From: Chitinophagales bacterium
GTDB taxonomy: Bacteria; Bacteroidota; Bacteroidia; Chitinophagales; UBA8649
DNA length: 64,000 nt
Direction of reading: 5' to 3'
Assembly (NCBI GenBank): GCA_020635995.1
Contig: JACJYS010000001.1
Span: 810,477 to 874,476 of the forward strand
In this document: positions 48,109 through 58,316 of the stretch, in pieces
Numbering within the stretch: position 1 is the first letter of the stretch
Layout: the number at the start of each line of letters is the position of its first letter
Notes under the pieces: generated by a model
The model's input: the letters and a program-made list of their open reading frames with translations, nothing else
Databases searched by the model: none
Told to the model about the DNA's origin: nothing
Program-made: the position numbers and the translations under genes

Positions 48109-49452
48109 GTGAATAAAACTAAAGCAATAGCAATACTGGGTGCTGCCGAAAGTGGCGTAGGCACTGCCATCTTAGCACAAAAGCAGGGATATACTGTTTT
48201 TGTGTCGGATTTTGGTGCTATAAAACCAAAGTATAAAGCTATGCTTACCCAAAATAATATTAAATGGGAGGAAGGTAAACATACTGAAGCGGAGATATTA
48301 AATGCTACTGAAGTAATGAAAAGTCCCGGAATACCGGAAAAAGCTCCAATTATTAAAAAAATTAGAGAAAAGGGAATTTCCATAGTTTCAGAAATAGAGT
48401 TTGCTTCACGCTATACCGATGCCAAAATTATAGGTATAACAGGTAGCAATGGAAAAACTACCACCACAAGTTTAACTTATCAATTGCTAAAAGATGCCGG
48501 GTATAATGTGGGTTTGGGTGGCAATATTGGAAAAAGTTTTGCTTATCAAGTGGCAACAGAAAAGTATGATTATTATGTATTGGAAATAAGCAGTTTTCAG
48601 TTAGACGATATTCAGGATTTTAAACCACATATTTCTGTAATAACAAACATAACACCCGACCATTTAGATAGATACAACTATAGTTTTGATAATTATATAG
48701 CATCTAAATTTAAGATAGCACAAAACCAAACTAAAGAAGATTTATTAGTGTATTGTGCCGATGATGAAGTGATAGAAAACTATATGAAAACGCATAAACT
48801 AAAAGCAACATTGCTACCTTTTTCTCAAATTAAAGAAGTGGATAAAGGAGCATATTTAGATAAAGAACAAATAACCATAAACCTAAAAAAAAAAGAAATT
48901 ATTATGTCAATTAACGAGTTAGGACTAACAGGAAAACACAATGTTTACAATTCAATGGCAGCGGCTGTGGTAGCACGAGCTTCTGATATTAAAAAAGAGA
49001 ACATTAGAGAGAGTTTGGAGCATTTTGAAAGCCTTGAACACCGCTTAGAGAAAGTGCTAAAAATAGGAGGTATTCAGTATATTAATGACTCAAAAGCCAC
49101 CAATGTAAACTCTACTTGGTATGCTATGGAATGTATAGTTCAGCCTATGGTTTGGATAGCCGGTGGCGTAGATAAAGGTAATGATTATGACGTGCTAAAA
49201 GCTTTAGTGAGAAACAAAGTGCACACTATTATTTGCTTAGGTAAGGACAATAGAAATCTACATGAAGCTTTCTCGCATAATACGAGTTTAATGGTTAATG
49301 TTCAAAATATGAAAGAAGCAGTACGTTTAGCTAATCATTTTGCTAACAAAGGAGATGCTGTATTGTTATCGCCAGCGTGTGCCAGCTTTGATTTATTTGA
49401 AAACTATGAAGACAGAGGAAATCAATTTAAACAAGCAGTAAGGGAGTTGTAA
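48109..49452 (+). CDS. murD: UDP-N-acetylmuramoylalanine--D-glutamate ligase
   Basis: 447 aa. N-terminal Rossmann-type ILGAAESGVG, P-loop GSNGKTT and the dcw position. GTG start. Confidence 0.9.
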   Translation: MNKTKAIAILGAAESGVGTAILAQKQGYTVFVSDFGAIKPKYKAMLTQNNIKWEEGKHTEAEILNATEVMKSPGIPEKAPIIKKIREKGISIVSEIEFASRYTDAKIIGITGSNGKTTTTSLTYQLLKDAGYNVGLGGNIGKSFAYQVATEKYDYYVLEISSFQLDDIQDFKPHISVITNITPDHLDRYNYSFDNYIASKFKIAQNQTKEDLLVYCADDEVIENYMKTHKLKATLLPFSQIKEVDKGAYLDKEQITINLKKKEIIMSINELGLTGKHNVYNSMAAAVVARASDIKKENIRESLEHFESLEHRLEKVLKIGGIQYINDSKATNVNSTWYAMECIVQPMVWIAGGVDKGNDYDVLKALVRNKVHTIICLGKDNRNLHEAFSHNTSLMVNVQNMKEAVRLANHFANKGDAVLLSPACASFDLFENYEDRGNQFKQAVREL

Positions 49453-49507
49453 TAAAGCCATTAGCTTTTAGCCAAAAGCTGAAGAGTATAATAAAGCGAG
49501 TAACAAA

Positions 49508-49876
49508 ATGAAGAATTTTAGAAAATATAGTGTTTGGCAAGAAGCAATGGTAATAGTTGATGATGTTTATGGTATTGTTGATGGTTTTCCAAAGTCAGAG
49601 AACTTTGGTATGAGAAGTCAAGTAACAAGGGCTGCTGTTTCAGTTGCGTCAAATATAGCAGAAGGTTGTTCTCGTTCAAGTCAGATAGATTTTAAAAGGT
49701 TTCTTCAAATTTCTATGGGTTCTTTGTTTGAATTAGAAACACAACTTTTAATAATAAACAATAGAAACTGGGTTGATGAAAATAAAGTGATACAATTAAT
49801 AGATAAAGTAATAGAGTTAGAAAAAAGATTGGGAGCATTAATAAGAAAAATAAAAGAAGATACCGCAAAAAGCTAA
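49508..49876 (+). CDS. four-helix-bundle protein (23S rRNA intervening-sequence protein / Avd-like family), copy 2
   Basis: 122 aa. The family pattern is present: FRKYSVWQEAM, MRSQVTRAAVSVASNIAEGCSR and FKRFLQISMGSLFELETQLLI. It is only distantly similar to copy 1. Confidence 0.8.
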   Translation: MKNFRKYSVWQEAMVIVDDVYGIVDGFPKSENFGMRSQVTRAAVSVASNIAEGCSRSSQIDFKRFLQISMGSLFELETQLLIINNRNWVDENKVIQLIDKVIELEKRLGALIRKIKEDTAKS

Positions 49877-49927
49877 CAGCAAAAAGCTAATAGCTAATAG
49901 CAAGAAGCTAACAGCCAATAGCTAAAT
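49865..49927 (+). repeat. degenerate tandem repeat, AGCTAA x5 with 7/14-nt phasing
   Basis: GCAAAAAGCTAA occurs at 49865-49876, where it contains the CDS stop codon, and again at 49879-49890. AGCTAA occurs at 49871, 49885, 49892, 49906 and 49920. Confidence 0.8.
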
Positions 49928-49937
49928 AAAAAAACAA

Positions 49938-51128
49938 ATGAAAACAATAAAACTAAAAGGAGATAAATATATATGGGGCATAGTGCTGATGCTATCGCTG
50001 TTTTCTCTGCTAGCAGTTTATAGCTCTACGGGTACGCTTGCGTATAAAATGCGTGCCGGCAATACCGAGTACTACCTTATTAAGCAACTGCTTATTATAG
50101 GTGGTGGTTTGGTGTTGATGTATATTACTCATTTAGTTAACTACAAGTATTTTTCAAGAATTTCGCAAATACTCTATTACTTAAGTGTGATATTGCTCAT
50201 TATCACTTTATTAGTTGGTACTAACATTAATGAAGCTAAACGGTGGCTTACCCTACCGGGAGTAAACTTAACTTTTCAAACTTCCGATTTAGCTAAACTG
50301 GCTCTCATTATGTTTTTAGCAAGAATGCTGAGCAAAAAACAAGATAAAGTAAGTTCTTTTAGCGAGGGTTTTTGGCCTACAATTTTGCCTGTGTTTATAA
50401 TATGTGGTTTAATAGCTCCAGAAGATTTATCTTCTGCTTTAGTGCTGTTTTCTACCAGTGTGCTTATTATGTTTGTGGGAAGAATACACATAGCCTATAT
50501 TGGTGGCTTAATAGCTATTAGTTTATTATCGGCAGTGTTGTTTATTTCTCTTTTATACACACTTCCCGAAGATAAAATGCCCGGGCGTATGACTACATGG
50601 AAAGCCAGAATAGAATCTTTTACGGCAGATGAGGAAGTAACAGAAATACCGTATCAGCTTATGCAGTCAAAAATTGCTATAGCAAAAGGTTTAGTGCCAA
50701 GAGGCCCCGGTAATAGCACACAGCGTAATTTTTTACCTCACCCTTATTCCGATTTTATTTATGCCATTATTATAGAAGAATATGGCTTAATAGGTGGTGC
50801 ATTTATAGTCTTTTTATACCTTGCTTTTTTAGTGCGTGCAGCATTTATAGTTCGTAAATCGCCCAAAGCATTTGGAGCATTATTAGCTTTTGGTTTAGCC
50901 TTAAGTTTAGTTATACAAGCATTAATAAATATGGGGGTTACCGTAGGTATTTTGCCCGTTACAGGATTAACATTGCCATTAATAAGTATGGGAGGAACAT
51001 CTACCATTTTTGTGAGTATAGCTTTTGGAATTGTATTAAGTGTAAGCAATGATGCAGAAAGTTTGCAAGAAGCTCAAAATGTGGCTGAAAATGTAGTTGA
51101 AAATAAGGAAACTGACGAGGAAGATTAG
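49938..51128 (+). CDS. ftsW: SEDS-family peptidoglycan glycosyltransferase FtsW
   Basis: 396 aa polytopic protein. Motifs PYSDFIYAIIIEEYG and LPLISMGGTS are present. Confidence 0.9.
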   Translation: MKTIKLKGDKYIWGIVLMLSLFSLLAVYSSTGTLAYKMRAGNTEYYLIKQLLIIGGGLVLMYITHLVNYKYFSRISQILYYLSVILLIITLLVGTNINEAKRWLTLPGVNLTFQTSDLAKLALIMFLARMLSKKQDKVSSFSEGFWPTILPVFIICGLIAPEDLSSALVLFSTSVLIMFVGRIHIAYIGGLIAISLLSAVLFISLLYTLPEDKMPGRMTTWKARIESFTADEEVTEIPYQLMQSKIAIAKGLVPRGPGNSTQRNFLPHPYSDFIYAIIIEEYGLIGGAFIVFLYLAFLVRAAFIVRKSPKAFGALLAFGLALSLVIQALINMGVTVGILPVTGLTLPLISMGGTSTIFVSIAFGIVLSVSNDAESLQEAQNVAENVVENKETDEED

Positions 51129-51158
51129 GAAGAAGTATTTATAATTTTAATTAACGAT

Positions 51159-52247
51159 TTGGAAAAAAAATTAAACATATTAATGAGTGGTGGCGGTAGC
51201 GGAGGTCATGTATTTCCTGCTATAGCCATAGCCGATGCTATAAAGAAAGAGCATTCTAATGCGGAGTTTTTGTTTATAGGTGCTAATGGCAAAATAGAAA
51301 TGACTGCCGTACCTAAAGCAGGCTACAAAATTGTAGGGCTAAATATTGCCGGTTTCCAAAGAAAATTAACCTTAAAAAATCTTTTGTTTCCTTTTAAACT
51401 TTTGTTTAGCATAATTAAAGCTTGGTTTGTAGTAAAACGCTTTAAACCCAATGCTGCCATAGGCACAGGAGGCTACGCCAGCGGAGCAGCACTTAAAGTA
51501 GCACAGTGGCAGGGAGTGCCAACATTTGTGCAAGAGCAAAATGCTTTCCCCGGCATTACTAATAAACTATTGGCTAAAGATGTAAAATATGTTTTTGCGG
51601 CTTATCCGGGTTTAGAAAAATATTTTGGAAAAGATAAAATCATTATTTCCGGAAATCCGCTGAGAGGGAGCATAAACATAAGCAATGTAAATAAAGCAGA
51701 AGCGGTTAAGCATTTTGGCTTAAATGAAAACAAACCAGTGGTTTTTATAACAGGTGGAAGTTTGGGTGCCAGTGCTATTAACAAAGCTATTGCTCATTAT
51801 ATTGAAATGATAAAAGAGCAAGATGTGCAGTTAATATGGCAATGTGGTAAAATTTATGAGGAAACTTATACAAAATTCAATTCTGAAAGTATAAAAGTGT
51901 TAAGTTTTATAGATAGAATGGATTACGCTTATGCTGCTGCCGATGTTATTATTTCAAGAGCAGGCGGAACTATTTCAGAGTTAGCATTAGTGGGTAAGCC
52001 TGTTATTTTATTGCCTTCGCCTAATGTGGCGGAAGACCACCAAACTAAAAACGGAATGGCTTTAGTAGAAAAAAATGCCGCTATTTTAATAAAAGATATT
52101 GATGCCAATGAAAAATTAGTGCCAGAAGTTTTAAAACTGTTAGCGAATAAAAATAAACAAGAAGAATTAAGTAAGAATATAAAATTATTTGCAAAACCAA
52201 ATGCAGCTAAAGAAATAGCTCAAAAAGTATTAGCAACTATACAATGA
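51159..52247 (+). CDS. murG: undecaprenyldiphospho-muramoylpentapeptide beta-N-acetylglucosaminyltransferase
   Basis: 362 aa. Motifs GGGSGGHVFPAIAIA, ISRAGGTISEL and HQTKN are present. TTG start; an ATG alternative lies at 51183. Confidence 0.9.
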   Translation: MEKKLNILMSGGGSGGHVFPAIAIADAIKKEHSNAEFLFIGANGKIEMTAVPKAGYKIVGLNIAGFQRKLTLKNLLFPFKLLFSIIKAWFVVKRFKPNAAIGTGGYASGAALKVAQWQGVPTFVQEQNAFPGITNKLLAKDVKYVFAAYPGLEKYFGKDKIIISGNPLRGSINISNVNKAEAVKHFGLNENKPVVFITGGSLGASAINKAIAHYIEMIKEQDVQLIWQCGKIYEETYTKFNSESIKVLSFIDRMDYAYAAADVIISRAGGTISELALVGKPVILLPSPNVAEDHQTKNGMALVEKNAAILIKDIDANEKLVPEVLKLLANKNKQEELSKNIKLFAKPNAAKEIAQKVLATIQ

Positions 52248-53608
52248 TTAGTTTAACTAACATATCAAACATATATTTTATTGGCATCGGGGGGATAGGT
52301 ATGTCTGCTTTAGCACGCTATTTTAATAGTCAAGGCAAAAAAGTAAGCGGCTACGATAAAACACCATCGCCTTTAACTAATCAATTAAAACTTGAAGGTA
52401 TAAATATAACTTTTGATGATAGCATAGAAACTTTAGATAAAGATGCCGATTTGGTGGTTTATACACCGGCTATTCCGGCTAATCATTTGCAGTTTAATTG
52501 GTACAAAAACAAAAATTATCAGCTACACAAACGTTCTGTAGTGTTGGGAGCTATTACCCAAAATAAATTTACTATAGCGGTAGCTGGTTCGCATGGAAAA
52601 ACTACAGTTTCCTCTATGATAGCTCACATACTAAATGAAGCCGGTGGCTGTACGGCTTTTTTAGGAGGTATAGCTTCAAATTTTGGTAGCAACTATATAC
52701 ACACTTCAGATAAATACGTGGTGGTAGAAGCAGATGAGTATGACCGTTCTTTTATGACCTTAGAACCCAATATTGCTGTAATAACTGCCATAGATAGCGA
52801 CCATTTAGAAATTTATGGTTCGTTAAAAAATATAGAAAATGAGTTTATAGCTTTTACTAATAAGATAGTAAAGGGTGGAACACTGTTTTTAAACGAAAAA
52901 TATCTACACATAAAAAATAGATTAACTAATAATTTTGCTTTGAAATCTTATGGCTACAAAACAAGCAATAATGCTGTTTTAAAAGAATTTAAAGTAGAAA
53001 ATAATGAATTTCATTTTAGCGTAGCTGTTGAAAAGGAAAATATTGAAAATATAAAGGCAAAATTTGGAGGTGTTCATAATTTAGAAAATGCTACTGTTGC
53101 CATTGCTGTTTGTAAAGAATTAGGAATTGCTGATGAAAAAATTAAAAAAGCCTTATACACTTTCAAAGGCATAAAAAGAAGATTTGATATTCAACTAACA
53201 AATGATGACTACGTTTATATAGACGATTATGCTCATCATCCGGAAGAAATTAAAGCCTTGCTTAATTCTATTAAAGTGCTTTATCCTACTAAAAATATAG
53301 TAGCCATTTTTCAGCCACATTTATTTTCACGCACTCAGGATTTGTGTGCCGATTTTGCGGAGCAACTAAGTAAAGCAGATGAAGTGCTTTTATTGCCTAT
53401 TTATCCTGCCAGAGAATTGCCAATAGAGGGCGTTACAAGCACTATTATTTTAAACAAAGTAAATGCAAAGCGTAAAAGAATAGTTGAAAAACAAGATTTA
53501 CTTGCCGTAGTTAAAAATTTGCCAAAAGATAGTGTAGTACTTACTATTGGTGCAGGAGATATAGATAGATTTGTAGAACCCATTAAAGAAATTTTAGCTA
53601 ATGAGTAA
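52244..53608 (+). CDS. murC: UDP-N-acetylmuramate--L-alanine ligase
   Basis: 454 aa. Motifs IGIGGIGMSALA, GSHGKTT and DDYAHHPEE are present. Confidence 0.95.
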   Translation: MISLTNISNIYFIGIGGIGMSALARYFNSQGKKVSGYDKTPSPLTNQLKLEGINITFDDSIETLDKDADLVVYTPAIPANHLQFNWYKNKNYQLHKRSVVLGAITQNKFTIAVAGSHGKTTVSSMIAHILNEAGGCTAFLGGIASNFGSNYIHTSDKYVVVEADEYDRSFMTLEPNIAVITAIDSDHLEIYGSLKNIENEFIAFTNKIVKGGTLFLNEKYLHIKNRLTNNFALKSYGYKTSNNAVLKEFKVENNEFHFSVAVEKENIENIKAKFGGVHNLENATVAIAVCKELGIADEKIKKALYTFKGIKRRFDIQLTNDDYVYIDDYAHHPEEIKALLNSIKVLYPTKNIVAIFQPHLFSRTQDLCADFAEQLSKADEVLLLPIYPARELPIEGVTSTIILNKVNAKRKRIVEKQDLLAVVKNLPKDSVVLTIGAGDIDRFVEPIKEILANE

Positions 53609-54371
53609 CGCAAAACGAAATATGATGCTTGTGTTAAAATTGTTTTTGGTATTGCTTTTTACAGGATTATTTATAACCATTCTAATTTCTGCAAAAACTA
53701 ATATAGAAGATGTGGTGTGCACAGATATTGATGTTCAAATAAACGAAAAAAACGGAGTTCACTTTTTAACTAAAAAGGAAATCGTTGACTACATTAACAA
53801 CAATGGAGCATCTATGGTAATAAACAAAAAAATAAAGGACATAGATAAAGCAACCATAGAAAAAAGGATAGAAAGCAATAAATATGTTTCAAGTGCAGAG
53901 GTTTTTTCAAATTTTGAAGGCAGGCTGAGGGTAAAAGTAAACCAACGTACGCCATTTTATAGAGTATTCAACAATGAAGGTGTTAGTTATTATGTAGATG
54001 TTAACAATAAACGCATTCCTTTATCAGCTAACTTTACGCCAAGGCTTATTGTGGCTACAGGTTATTTGACGAACAGTTCTTTGCCTTCAGATACTATAAA
54101 TAAGAGATTAAATGAAATTATAAGTTTCATTAATAAAGATGAATTTTTAGAAGCTATGATTGGGCAAATAGATGTTACCAAATCCGGTGATTTTGTATTG
54201 TACCCAAAAATAGCGGAACACTATGTAATCTTTGGCTCTACAAGCAATATGGAAGACAAATTTAAAAGGCTCAAAATATTTTATAAGAAAGCCCTAAAAT
54301 TTGTCAATTGGAAACAGTATGAAAGCATAAATCTTAAATATAAAAATCAAATAATCTGTACTAAAAAATAA
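53601..54371 (+). CDS. ftsQ: cell division protein FtsQ
   Basis: 256 aa bitopic protein with POTRA-like and FtsQ domains. It lies between murC and ftsA. Confidence 0.8.
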   Translation: MSNAKRNMMLVLKLFLVLLFTGLFITILISAKTNIEDVVCTDIDVQINEKNGVHFLTKKEIVDYINNNGASMVINKKIKDIDKATIEKRIESNKYVSSAEVFSNFEGRLRVKVNQRTPFYRVFNNEGVSYYVDVNNKRIPLSANFTPRLIVATGYLTNSSLPSDTINKRLNEIISFINKDEFLEAMIGQIDVTKSGDFVLYPKIAEHYVIFGSTSNMEDKFKRLKIFYKKALKFVNWKQYESINLKYKNQIICTKK

Positions 54372-54377
54372 TTAACT

Positions 54378-55751
54378 ATGAGAACACCGGGAAAAATAAT
54401 GGTAGGGGTAGATATAGGAACAACAAAAATTTGTGCCTTAGTAACCCGAAAAAACGAAAATGGAAAAACGGAAGTTTTAGGTATTGGTAAGGCCGATTCG
54501 CATGGCGTATTGCGTGGGGAAGTTGCCAATATTGATAAGACTGTACACTCTATTGTACAGGCGGTAGAGCAGGCAGAGAAAGCTTCTGGCGAAAAAATAA
54601 CCAATGTATATGTGGGTATTGCAGGACAGCATATTAGGAGTATGCAAAACAGAGGAATATTGACTAGAACAAATTCTGAAAATGAAATAAATAAAGAAGA
54701 TGTTAAGTCAATGATTAGAGATATGCACAAGTTAGCTTTAAATCCTGGTGAAAGAATAATACATGTGCTTCCTCAAGAGTTTTATGTGGACTCCGTTTTG
54801 GCTTTAGATACGCCTATAGGTATGTGCGGTAGCAGATTAGAAGCTAATTTTCATATTATAACAGGAAAAGTTTCTGCGGCTCAAAACATAAAAAGATGTA
54901 TAGAAAAAGCAGGTTTAGTTATGGACGGTTTAATATTAGAACCATTGGCATCTGCGGCAGCAGTTTTAGATGAAAATGAAAAAGAAGCGGGCGTTGCTTT
55001 AGTTGATATAGGTGGTGGAACTACAGATTTAGCTATTTTCCAAGATGGCATTATTCGTCATACTTGTGTTATTCCTTTTGGTGGAAACATTATAACAGAA
55101 GACATTAAAAATGGTTTTAAAATAATGAAAAATCAAGCGGAGCAGCTAAAAACCAGATTTGGTAGTGCTGTAGCTTTAGAAACTAAAGAAAATCAAGTTA
55201 TTTCAATACCTGGAATTAAAGGTAGAGATCCTAAAGAAATTTCGGTAGCCAGCTTGTCAAAAGTGATACAATCAAGAATGGAAGAAATTTTTGAGCAAGT
55301 ATATTTTGAAATAAAAGCATCGGGATATGCCAATAAATTAAATGCAGGAATAGTGGTAACAGGTGGAGGTTCTAAACTAACACATATTAAACAACTTTTA
55401 GAGTATGTTACAGGTTTAGATTCAAGAATAGGTTATCCAATAGAGCATTTGGCTGTTGGGTTTAATCCGGAGTTAAAACATCCACTTTTTGCCACAGGCA
55501 TAGGATTAGTAGAAAAGGCTTTTGAAGAATATGAAGAAGATTTTAATAGCGATTTGAATATAGAAACATTTGATACTTTAAAAGAGCCGGCTGCTCAAAA
55601 AGAAATAGAAAAACCGGAAACAGAAGAGAAAGGAGAAGATGATGTAATACAAAAAGCTATAAATGCTAACCCGGGAAAATGGTGGGAAAAAATAATTAAT
55701 AAAATACCGGATTGGTTAAGCGATGATAACCACAAAGATTTTGAAGAATAA
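54378..55751 (+). CDS. ftsA: cell division protein FtsA
   Basis: 457 aa with an actin-like ATPase fold (VGVDIGTTKI, VDIGGGTTD, VVTGGGS). Confidence 0.95.
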   Translation: MRTPGKIMVGVDIGTTKICALVTRKNENGKTEVLGIGKADSHGVLRGEVANIDKTVHSIVQAVEQAEKASGEKITNVYVGIAGQHIRSMQNRGILTRTNSENEINKEDVKSMIRDMHKLALNPGERIIHVLPQEFYVDSVLALDTPIGMCGSRLEANFHIITGKVSAAQNIKRCIEKAGLVMDGLILEPLASAAAVLDENEKEAGVALVDIGGGTTDLAIFQDGIIRHTCVIPFGGNIITEDIKNGFKIMKNQAEQLKTRFGSAVALETKENQVISIPGIKGRDPKEISVASLSKVIQSRMEEIFEQVYFEIKASGYANKLNAGIVVTGGGSKLTHIKQLLEYVTGLDSRIGYPIEHLAVGFNPELKHPLFATGIGLVEKAFEEYEEDFNSDLNIETFDTLKEPAAQKEIEKPETEEKGEDDVIQKAINANPGKWWEKIINKIPDWLSDDNHKDFEE

Positions 55752-55765
55752 AAACTGAATATAAA

Positions 55766-57337
55766 ATGGATACTACTATGAATTTACATTTTGATTTACC
55801 GAAAGAGCAATCGTCAATTATTAAAGTAATTGGTGTAGGAGGCGGTGGCAGCAATGCTGTTAATTATATGTATGAATTAGGTATAAGAGGCGTTAACTAT
55901 GTGGTTTGTAATACAGACCAGCAAGCATTAGATTTAAGTCCTGTGCCTAATAAAATACAATTGGGACCAGAAATGACCAGAGGTTTAGGAGCTGGTTCTC
56001 GTCCGGAAATAGGAGCACAAGCTACCGTAGAATCTACAGAGGAGATAAAAGAATTATTGAGCAAAAATACCAGAATGGTGTTTATAACTGCCGGAATGGG
56101 TGGAGGCACAGGAACAGGAGGTGCACCTGTAGTAGCTCAAATAGCAAGAGATATGGGCATATTAACCGTTGCTATTGTTACCACACCATTTAGTTTTGAA
56201 GGTAGAAGAAAACTAACCCAAGCAGATGAGGGAATAGAAAAGCTAAAAGAAAATGTAGATAGCATTATCATTATTTCTAACGATAAAATAAGAGAAATAT
56301 ATGGCAATTTGACTAAGTCTGAAGCATTTTCAAGAGCAGATGATATTTTGTCTATTGCGGCTAAAAGTATTTCGGAAATTATAACAGTACCGGGAGAGAT
56401 AAACGTTGACTTTGCTGACGTTCAGTTTGTTATGAGCAATAGTGGCGTTGCCATTATGGGCGAAGCACAAGCAGAAGGGGAAAATAGAGCTATGCGTGCA
56501 GTACATGCCGCTATAAATTCGCCATTGTTAAACAGTAGCAATATTACAGGCTCAAAAAATATCTTAATCAATATTTCCTCAGGAAAAATGCAGGCAACTT
56601 TAGATGAAATAGATCAAATAAGTAATTTTGTGCAAGATGCGGCAGGGAATGATACCGATATTATTTTTGGTACTTGTGATGATGATACATTGGGCGATAA
56701 ACTACGAGTAACAATTATTGCTACAGGTTTTGAAGATAAAATAGATAAACCCGTTATAGAGAAAAAAGAAATAATAAGTTTAGATACTCAAGTGCCAAAA
56801 AATGATATTGTTGAGAAAAAAGACGATATAGAAGAAATAAAATTAGTAGAAACGGATAAGCCGACTACTGATGAAACTTCTAATTTTTCTGATGAGGATA
56901 ATAGAATCGTTTTTGATTTTGCGGTAGAAGAAACTACTGATGAAGAATCTTTTGAGGCAGAGGAAGATACTCAAGAAAATGAAACTGACGATAGGTTTAA
57001 CTTTACTATAAAAGAAGTTGAAAAAGAACCGGAGCAAAAGTATAATTTTTATACTACGCCTCCTAAAGAGCCAAAAGAGAGTAGAGATGAGGGCAAAAAT
57101 GAGATTATGCACAGAAATAGAGTTCAAAAACTGAAAGATGTTAGCTATAAATGGCAAAATATAGAGCAGTTAGAAAATGTGCCTGCCTACGAAAGAAAAG
57201 GAATAGATATAAATGAGGAAGTTCATAGCAAAAAAGAGCATACTTCTAAGTTTATTATTGAAAACTCTAATTTTAATGGAGAAAAACGTCCGGAAATTAG
57301 AAAGGATAACGGCTTTTTGAACGATAATATAGATTAA
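55766..57337 (+). CDS. ftsZ: cell division GTPase FtsZ with long acidic linker
   Basis: 523 aa. Tubulin signature GGGTGTGGAP, then GVGGGGSNAV and NTDQQAL. An acidic linker of about 190 aa precedes the C-terminal conserved peptide (VPAYERKG). Confidence 0.95.
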   Translation: MDTTMNLHFDLPKEQSSIIKVIGVGGGGSNAVNYMYELGIRGVNYVVCNTDQQALDLSPVPNKIQLGPEMTRGLGAGSRPEIGAQATVESTEEIKELLSKNTRMVFITAGMGGGTGTGGAPVVAQIARDMGILTVAIVTTPFSFEGRRKLTQADEGIEKLKENVDSIIIISNDKIREIYGNLTKSEAFSRADDILSIAAKSISEIITVPGEINVDFADVQFVMSNSGVAIMGEAQAEGENRAMRAVHAAINSPLLNSSNITGSKNILINISSGKMQATLDEIDQISNFVQDAAGNDTDIIFGTCDDDTLGDKLRVTIIATGFEDKIDKPVIEKKEIISLDTQVPKNDIVEKKDDIEEIKLVETDKPTTDETSNFSDEDNRIVFDFAVEETTDEESFEAEEDTQENETDDRFNFTIKEVEKEPEQKYNFYTTPPKEPKESRDEGKNEIMHRNRVQKLKDVSYKWQNIEQLENVPAYERKGIDINEEVHSKKEHTSKFIIENSNFNGEKRPEIRKDNGFLNDNID

Positions 57338-57362
57338 AAGAATTAATTTTTCATGGTAGTAA

Positions 57363-57399
57363 GCAGTTCGGTATGGGTAGCAATATTATACTGAACTGC
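57363..57399 (+). terminator. 12-bp stem hairpin downstream of ftsZ
   Basis: GCAGTTCGGTAT pairs with ATACTGAACTGC (one G-U pair, 13-nt loop). No U-tract follows, so terminator function is uncertain. Confidence 0.35.
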
Positions 57400-57436
57400 A
57401 CATACTAAAAAATAATATAAAGCTATACGAGTTGAC

Positions 57437-57748
57437 ATGGAAAAATGGATTGAATTTTATAAAAACCTCCCTTGGTATATAAAAAACATATACTTTGCCA
57501 TAGCTTTATTTTTTGTTTTATGGATGCTTTTTTTTGACCAAAACAATATGTTTTACCAAATAAAACTAAGCCGAAAATTAAGCAAATTAGAAGACCAAAA
57601 GCACTATTTTCAAGAACAAATACAGGATGTAGAAAACACCAAAGAGGAACTATTTTCTACTGCGGCAAAAAAAGAGAAATTTGCCCGAGAAAAGTACCAC
57701 ATGAAAAAAGATAATGAGGATATTTTTATAATTGAAGTGGAAGATTAA
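57437..57748 (+). CDS. septum formation initiator family protein (FtsB/DivIC-like)
   Basis: 103 aa with one TM helix followed by a coiled coil (KLSKLEDQKHYFQEQIQDVENTKEEL) and the YHMKKDNEDIF tail. Confidence 0.7.
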   Translation: MEKWIEFYKNLPWYIKNIYFAIALFFVLWMLFFDQNNMFYQIKLSRKLSKLEDQKHYFQEQIQDVENTKEELFSTAAKKEKFAREKYHMKKDNEDIFIIEVED

Positions 57749-57797
57749 TTGTTTAATTTATTAATTTGTAAATTATATAATTAAAATTATTACCTTA

Positions 57798-58307
57798 GTG
57801 TTCATGAAACAATATTTATTTTTCTTAGCTTGTTTATTTTGTGCTTTTTCTTTAAAAAGTCAGAATGTATATATTTATAAAACAGACGGTTCTTCTGAAC
57901 AATATGCTTTAAATAGTGTGCAGCGTATTACATATAGTGGAAATAATATGATATTAAGAATGAACAATGGCGCTACACATACTTGGGATATAAATACAAT
58001 AGATAAATATTCCTACAAAGAATTGTCTCCTATTATAGAATTAAATACGCCTAATTTTAATTTTGAAGTTTTTCCTAATTCATTTGAGAATTATTTGATT
58101 CTAAAAAGTAATAATTCAGAAGTAAAGGGGAAATTTGACATAGAGATTGTAGATGTTTCGGGAAAAGTATTTTACAGCAATGAAATAGGAGTAGAAAAAA
58201 TGTCGGACTATAAAATTGAAGGATTGGATGATTTGGTGGCAGGAATTTATTTTTGTAGAATAACTAATAGTCAATCACTTTTTGTAAAGAAAATAATTAA
58301 AAACTAA
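57798..58307 (+). CDS. small T9SS-sorted secreted protein
   Basis: 169 aa with a signal peptide and a C-terminal Por-secretion tail (FEVFPNSFENYLILK...GIYFCRITN). Confidence 0.7.
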   Translation: MFMKQYLFFLACLFCAFSLKSQNVYIYKTDGSSEQYALNSVQRITYSGNNMILRMNNGATHTWDINTIDKYSYKELSPIIELNTPNFNFEVFPNSFENYLILKSNNSEVKGKFDIEIVDVSGKVFYSNEIGVEKMSDYKIEGLDDLVAGIYFCRITNSQSLFVKKIIKN

Positions 58308-58316
58308 AAAATACTT

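Noticed and set aside
48885-48894. An A10 homopolymer inside murD (codons KKK), considered as a phase-variation tract
   Set aside because: murD is essential and the tract encodes an in-frame Lys run in a variable surface insert. Slippage would be lethal rather than regulatory. It is only worth noting as a sequencing-error hotspot.
46069-49876. A diversity-generating retroelement, because the four-helix-bundle proteins share the Avd fold
   Set aside because: The window contains no reverse transcriptase, no template/variable repeat pair, and no C-type-lectin target gene nearby.
55766-57337. The unusually long acidic FtsZ linker (about 190 aa), considered as a fused extra domain
   Set aside because: It is low-complexity E/D/K/T-rich and ends in the usual C-terminal conserved peptide. 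Long disordered linkers are common in FtsZ of several phyla.
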